Shown piece after piece: positions 18,001-21,394 of a DNA stretch of 64,000 bases; within the stretch, counting starts at the first letter, position 1, and each line of letters opens with the position of its first letter. The stretch covers positions 2,540 to 66,539 of the forward strand of contig VBHJ01000015.1 of assembly GCA_005887685.1 (NCBI GenBank), in the 5' to 3' direction. Made by a program: the position numbers and the translations under genes. Below the pieces are notes generated by a model. The model was not told the origin of the DNA and made no database searches. It saw only the letters and a list, made by a program, of their open reading frames with translations. This stretch comes from Chloroflexota bacterium. GTDB taxonomy: Bacteria; Chloroflexota; Dormibacteria; Dormibacterales; Dormibacteraceae.

Positions 18001-19483
18001 CGGCACCCACACTGTGACCGCGAACGGAATCATCGACGCCAACGGACAGCTTGTCGTCACCGCCAACCTTTCCAGCCTCGCGGACGGCACGGTGACGGCG
18101 AGCATCGTGTTGAACTCGACGTCTGTGACCAGCGCCAGCCTGTTGAAGGACACCTCGGCCCCAGGCGCGCCCCTGGTCGGAATGCCGGCGTATGTGGGTA
18201 GAGCCGGAGTCAGCACCGTGCTGCTGGTCATCAACGGCGAGCCCTGGACCACGGTCGACTACACCCTGTCGGACGGCACCACATGGGCATCCGATGAGAT
18301 GGTCATCGATGACACCGGCAGAGCCACAGCGGTCCTTGACCTCTCCAACTTCGTGGACGGGCCGATCGCGACCACGGTGACGGTCATGGACGTCAATGGA
18401 AACAACAGCGTTTACGGCCAGGCGACCACGACCAAGATCACGGTCGTGCCGGCCGCGCCGGTGAGCGTCGGGCTGGACTCGCGCGACGACTCCGGGATCG
18501 CGAGCACTGACAACCTCACCAACGTGCGTTCGCCGCGCTTTGTCGTCACCGGGCCCGGCACGCCGACCGTGTACCTCAACGGCGCGCTGTACACCGGCCA
18601 GGCCCTGGCGGACGGTCTCTACTCGATGAAGGCGACGCTGACGGACCTGGCGGGCAACGTGTCGCTTGCCACCACCGCGGTACAGCAGGTGCGCATCGAC
18701 ACGTCGGCGCCGGCGGGCACGATCTCCCTCGCCGGAACCCTGATCAATGGTCAGCTCGCGACCAAGAACCCGGTGATAGCGATCACGCTCGCCGTGACTG
18801 ACTCGGGCACCGGCGTCAGCCAGATCGCAATCTCGACCAACGGCGGCACGACCTACGGCGCACCGTTTGCGTACGGCGCCAAGGCGTCCGTCACGCTGAC
18901 GGCCGATGGTCTGTACACGATCGCCGTGAAGGTCACCGACATTGCAGGCAACGCCGCGGTGGCCATGCTTCCGATCCGGCTCGACACGACCGCGCCGGTC
19001 ATCACAGCGTCGCTGCCGGCGCCAACCAACGGAACCTTCTACGACGTGGGCAAGAAGATCACGCTCACCTACGGCGCGGCCGATGTCGACAATGCGACCA
19101 CGACCGTGGTGCTCGACGGTAAGACAACGATCGTCGGTGGGGTCATCGACATCGACACGCTGACCGCGGGGACGCACACGATCGTCGTTGCGGCGACCGA
19201 CGGACTGGGCAACACGACCTCGAAGACCATCACGTTCACGATCCACGCCACGATCAACGGGCTGATCAACGCCGTCAACGACGGCGCAGCCCGAGGCTTG
19301 ATCACAGCCGCTGAACAGGCAAACCTGGTCTGGTACCTCCAGAAGGCCCTGACGGGCAGTGCGAAGGCGCGAATCGGCCAGTTCAACTGGGAGGCGAACT
19401 ACCAGAGCGGCAAGGCGATCAACGCCGCTGAAGCGGCGCTGCTGCTGAGCTGGGGCAACGACCTGTACGCCCGGACGCCGTAA
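2..19483 (+). CDS. 3' portion (at least 6,486 codons) of a giant secreted/cell-surface multi-repeat protein; the frame is open to the left window edge, so the true start lies upstream
   Basis: The frame is uninterrupted from nt 2 to TAA 19481-19483, and the GTG at 23 is only the first in-window start. The product is rich in Thr/Gly/Ala/Val and has sparse cysteines that occur in close pairs (e.g. [47 protein letters not shown]), as in disulfide-bonded extracellular proteins. Domain content is listed in the sub-features below. Confidence 0.92.
   Translation, partial: [6493 protein letters not shown]
335..830 (+). other. CBM/galactose-binding-like jelly-roll segment of the giant protein
   Basis: [27 protein letters not shown] ... 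[11 protein letters not shown] ... [23 protein letters not shown] ... YYIRNVVLQ. This is the NGxFE/W pattern typical of CBM4_9-like modules. The assignment rests on motif resemblance only. Confidence 0.35.
2455..4540 (+). repeat. Degenerate GGxGxD-type beta-helix/beta-roll segment
   Basis: Recurrent [57 protein letters not shown] and [14 protein letters not shown]. Shorter related segments recur near 12650-13140 and 14040-14640 (L[TS]GL.M ... Y.NLE.LNI.LG.G...F.V). Confidence 0.4.
6400..6855 (+). other. PPC (pre-peptidase C-terminal)-like beta-sandwich domain
   Basis: [15 protein letters not shown] ... [10 protein letters not shown] ... [12 protein letters not shown], the DYYxF / YYLxV / YxLxVS pattern of PPC-type domains. 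Confidence 0.4.
7150..9830 (+). repeat. Nine tandem, highly diverged ~90-110-aa modules (G-[DE]-x-W-x-[LV]-x-[LV] ... IAxxLA signature), family not recognised
   Basis: Signature Trp codons read at about 7201, 7528, 7819, 8088, (Phe variant 8360), 8632, 8891, 9194 and 9521. Examples are [71 protein letters not shown] and [40 protein letters not shown]. Confidence 0.7.
9915..10250 (+). other. Second PPC-like domain
   Basis: [16 protein letters not shown] ... [17 protein letters not shown] ... [12 protein letters not shown]. Confidence 0.35.
10650..11470 (+). repeat. Three further copies of the W-x-L-x-V / IAxxLA module
   Basis: [103 protein letters not shown]. Confidence 0.65.
12030..12600 (+). 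repeat. Two further copies of the same module
   Basis: [69 protein letters not shown]. An isolated copy lies at about 5700-5950 ([34 protein letters not shown]). Confidence 0.6.
13140..14040 (+). repeat. Three copies of a second module type (GGSYxLxF ... ASAxxLxxALxxL ... YxVxFxG)
   Basis: [14 protein letters not shown]...[20 protein letters not shown]...[49 protein letters not shown]...[28 protein letters not shown]...[20 protein letters not shown]...[11 protein letters not shown]. Confidence 0.45.
15150..17540 (+). repeat. RTX / hemolysin-type calcium-binding nonapeptide (GGxGxDxUx) block with interspersed inserts
   Basis: [124 protein letters not shown]. Confidence 0.7.
17955..19250 (+). 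other. Run of bacterial Ig-like domains, followed (19250-19480) by a short helical C-terminal domain
   Basis: [28 protein letters not shown] (the DxGxSxTDxxTN motif of adhesin Ig-like domains); [16 protein letters not shown] and [15 protein letters not shown] (DTxAP boundaries). The C-terminus [19 protein letters not shown]...[20 protein letters not shown] is helical and FIMAH-like, at low confidence. Confidence 0.55.
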
Positions 19484-19493
19484 TCTCCGCGGT

Positions 19494-19967
19494 ATGGAGA
19501 CTCCCGGGCCGGTCTACATATCTAAGGTAAGGATCGTCCGCGAGCGTGGGCCCATCCGCGAGGCCTACCTTCCCGTCGAGTCGCAGCCGATCATCTTCGG
19601 CACGCACGGTGCGGTGCGCGAGCACTACGGCACCGCTCCCGGCCAGTACCCGGACCACGCGACGACCCTTGATTACGTAGTCGCGGCAGCGGCCGGTTGA
19701 CTCACCGGCACACTGGGTGGCGCGCTGGAAGCGCGCGGGATCGACGCAAGCGAGGGCCGGCTGACGTCAGAGGCCGAGGGCGAGATCTATCTGGTCGACA
19801 AGGTCCTCGTGATCAAGAAGATCCACGTCCACTACACGCTGAGGGGTTGCCCAGACGACAAGCGCGAGGCCGCGGAGAGATCGCGCGCCTTCCACGCCTC
19901 GCGATGCCCGGTGGCAAAGAGCATCGAGAAAGCGATCGAGATCTCAACCGACCTCGCGTTCGAGTGA
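19494..19967 (+). CDS. OsmC/Ohr-family peroxiredoxin with in-frame TGA (19698-19700) at the peroxidatic Cys position: candidate selenoprotein (alternative: Cys-to-stop pseudogene)
   Basis: The track ORF 19494..19700 ends ...TLDYVVAAAAG-TGA. The same frame continues LTGTLGGALEARGIDASEGRL...VLVIKKIHVHYTL...AFHASRCPVAKSIEKAIEISTDLAFE to TGA 19965-19967. Together this gives 157 codons, a normal OsmC length, with the second conserved Cys (RCPV) retained. Confidence 0.6.
19720..19736 (+). promoter_or_regulatory. Candidate SECIS-like hairpin downstream of the in-frame UGA
   Basis: GCGCGC-UGGAA-GCGCGC: a perfect 6-bp stem with a 5-nt G-containing loop that starts 20 nt after the UGA. No extended lower stem is obvious by eye. 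Confidence 0.3.
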
Positions 19968-20939
19968 CACCGACGGCGTACGCGACCACAGCGTCACCCC
20001 GAGGCGGACGTTGCGGAACACCTCCTCGCTGACGAGAAACCCGACGAAGATCAGCAGCAAGCCGAGGAACTCGCCGAGGAAGAAGGACCACGTGACGCCA
20101 AAGCGATTGAGGCTGCTGGTGACGCCCGGGATCAGGGCGCCCAGGGCGATGAGGATGGTGGCCGGCACCCGCGAGTTGAGCTTTCCGGCGAGGAGCGCCG
20201 CCCCAGCTCCCGGCAGCGACGCGAAGAAGTTGACCGCTATCGCGATCACTCCCAACCGAGCCGCCACCGCGCGCTTCTTGGGCATGTAGATGTACGCGGA
20301 GTAGAGCGCCCCGAACACAAGGGCCAGACCGCCGCCCGCGTTGAACGGCACGCTGGTGACACGAAGGTAGCCGGGAAAAGCGGCGGCCACCGGCACATGA
20401 GTGGCGGGGTCGACGTAGCTCCCCAAAACGTGTGCGCTGATCACGAGCACCGCCACGGCAAGCGTGCCTGAGGCGAGGAACGCCATCGCGACGTGCGCCT
20501 GGAGGTCGCGCCGCACGGCGGTCGCGATGGCGACCGCGGCGGCCGCCAGCAGCGCCAGGCCCAGGGTGATGTATCCGGCTGTTGCTGAACCCGGATACCT
20601 GGAGGTCGCCGCGAGGGAGAAAAGACCGCCAAGCGCGACCGAGAATGCCACGAAGTAGCCAAATCGAGTCTTGCCGAGGAGGTACAGCGTGCCGGCCCCG
20701 AGATACGCCGGGACGAAGAAGGCGCCGATCAGGTACCACGCGCGATAGACCGGCTCGCTCCAGCCGAACGCCCCGCCTATGAACTCGGCCCCGGCGCTGA
20801 TGCCGTACCAGATCAGGCCGATCGCCCACACCAGTTGAAAGGCGTGGCGCCGCTGCCACCACTGGTCCAGCACCATCGCCGCGAAGACGAAGCTCAGCAC
20901 CGAAGAGGCCAGCGGAAGCAAGACGTTCAGGTTCTGCAT
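19944..20939 (-). CDS. Polytopic integral membrane protein, function unknown
   Basis: A 331-aa ORF with roughly 9-10 hydrophobic segments and no motif I recognise. It is convergent with the extended OsmC gene and overlaps it by 24 nt. Confidence 0.65.
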   Translation of the reverse strand: MQNLNVLLPLASSVLSFVFAAMVLDQWWQRRHAFQLVWAIGLIWYGISAGAEFIGGAFGWSEPVYRAWYLIGAFFVPAYLGAGTLYLLGKTRFGYFVAFSVALGGLFSLAATSRYPGSATAGYITLGLALLAAAAVAIATAVRRDLQAHVAMAFLASGTLAVAVLVISAHVLGSYVDPATHVPVAAAFPGYLRVTSVPFNAGGGLALVFGALYSAYIYMPKKRAVAARLGVIAIAVNFFASLPGAGAALLAGKLNSRVPATILIALGALIPGVTSSLNRFGVTWSFFLGEFLGLLLIFVGFLVSEEVFRNVRLGVTLWSRTPSVSLEREVG

Positions 20940-20962
20940 CGATGCTTTCCTAGATTAAGACG

Positions 20963-21394
20963 TCAGGCAAAAAAGACCGTCTCGCCCTCGCCCTGCAGCC
21001 GGACGTCGAAATGGAGCACGTCGCCCTCCTGCCTTGCGACCAGAGTGGGCCGGCGCTCTGCGTCGATCGATGCGAGCACCACATCTTCCACGCCTGGAAA
21101 GTAGATCCGCGTGTTGAGATGCCTCAGCAGCCCGCGGGCAAAGACGACGAGGTTGAGGTAGCCGGCTTCCGGTTTGCGCACGGAGAAGTGAAAGACGCCT
21201 TCATCGTCGGTGCGACATCGCCCGAACTGGTCTTCCTGCGAAATCTCCAGCAAGGCGTCCCCCACTGGTTTCCCCGCACCGTCCAGGACCTGTCCCTCGA
21301 TGCGCACGCCATCGGGTGCGCAAATCGAATCGTCCTCGAAAGGAAGCGCGAATCCGAAGAACGGCCCGGCGGTTTGCGACGGCGTCGGGACCAT
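20963..21394 (-). CDS. pcaG: Protocatechuate 3,4-dioxygenase alpha subunit
   Basis: MVPTPSQTAGPFFGFALPF..., VFARGLLRHLNTRIYFPG. ATG 21394-21392 overlaps the pcaH stop (TGATG). The longer track ORF to 21460 was rejected. Confidence 0.85.
   Translation of the reverse strand: MVPTPSQTAGPFFGFALPFEDDSICAPDGVRIEGQVLDGAGKPVGDALLEISQEDQFGRCRTDDEGVFHFSVRKPEAGYLNLVVFARGLLRHLNTRIYFPGVEDVVLASIDAERRPTLVARQEGDVLHFDVRLQGEGETVFFA

Noticed and set aside
19697-20032. A 111-aa plus-strand ORF overlapping the OsmC stop.
   Set aside because: It is out of frame with the OsmC homology and gives an Arg-rich nonsense translation. The in-frame continuation after TGA 19698-19700 explains this region better.
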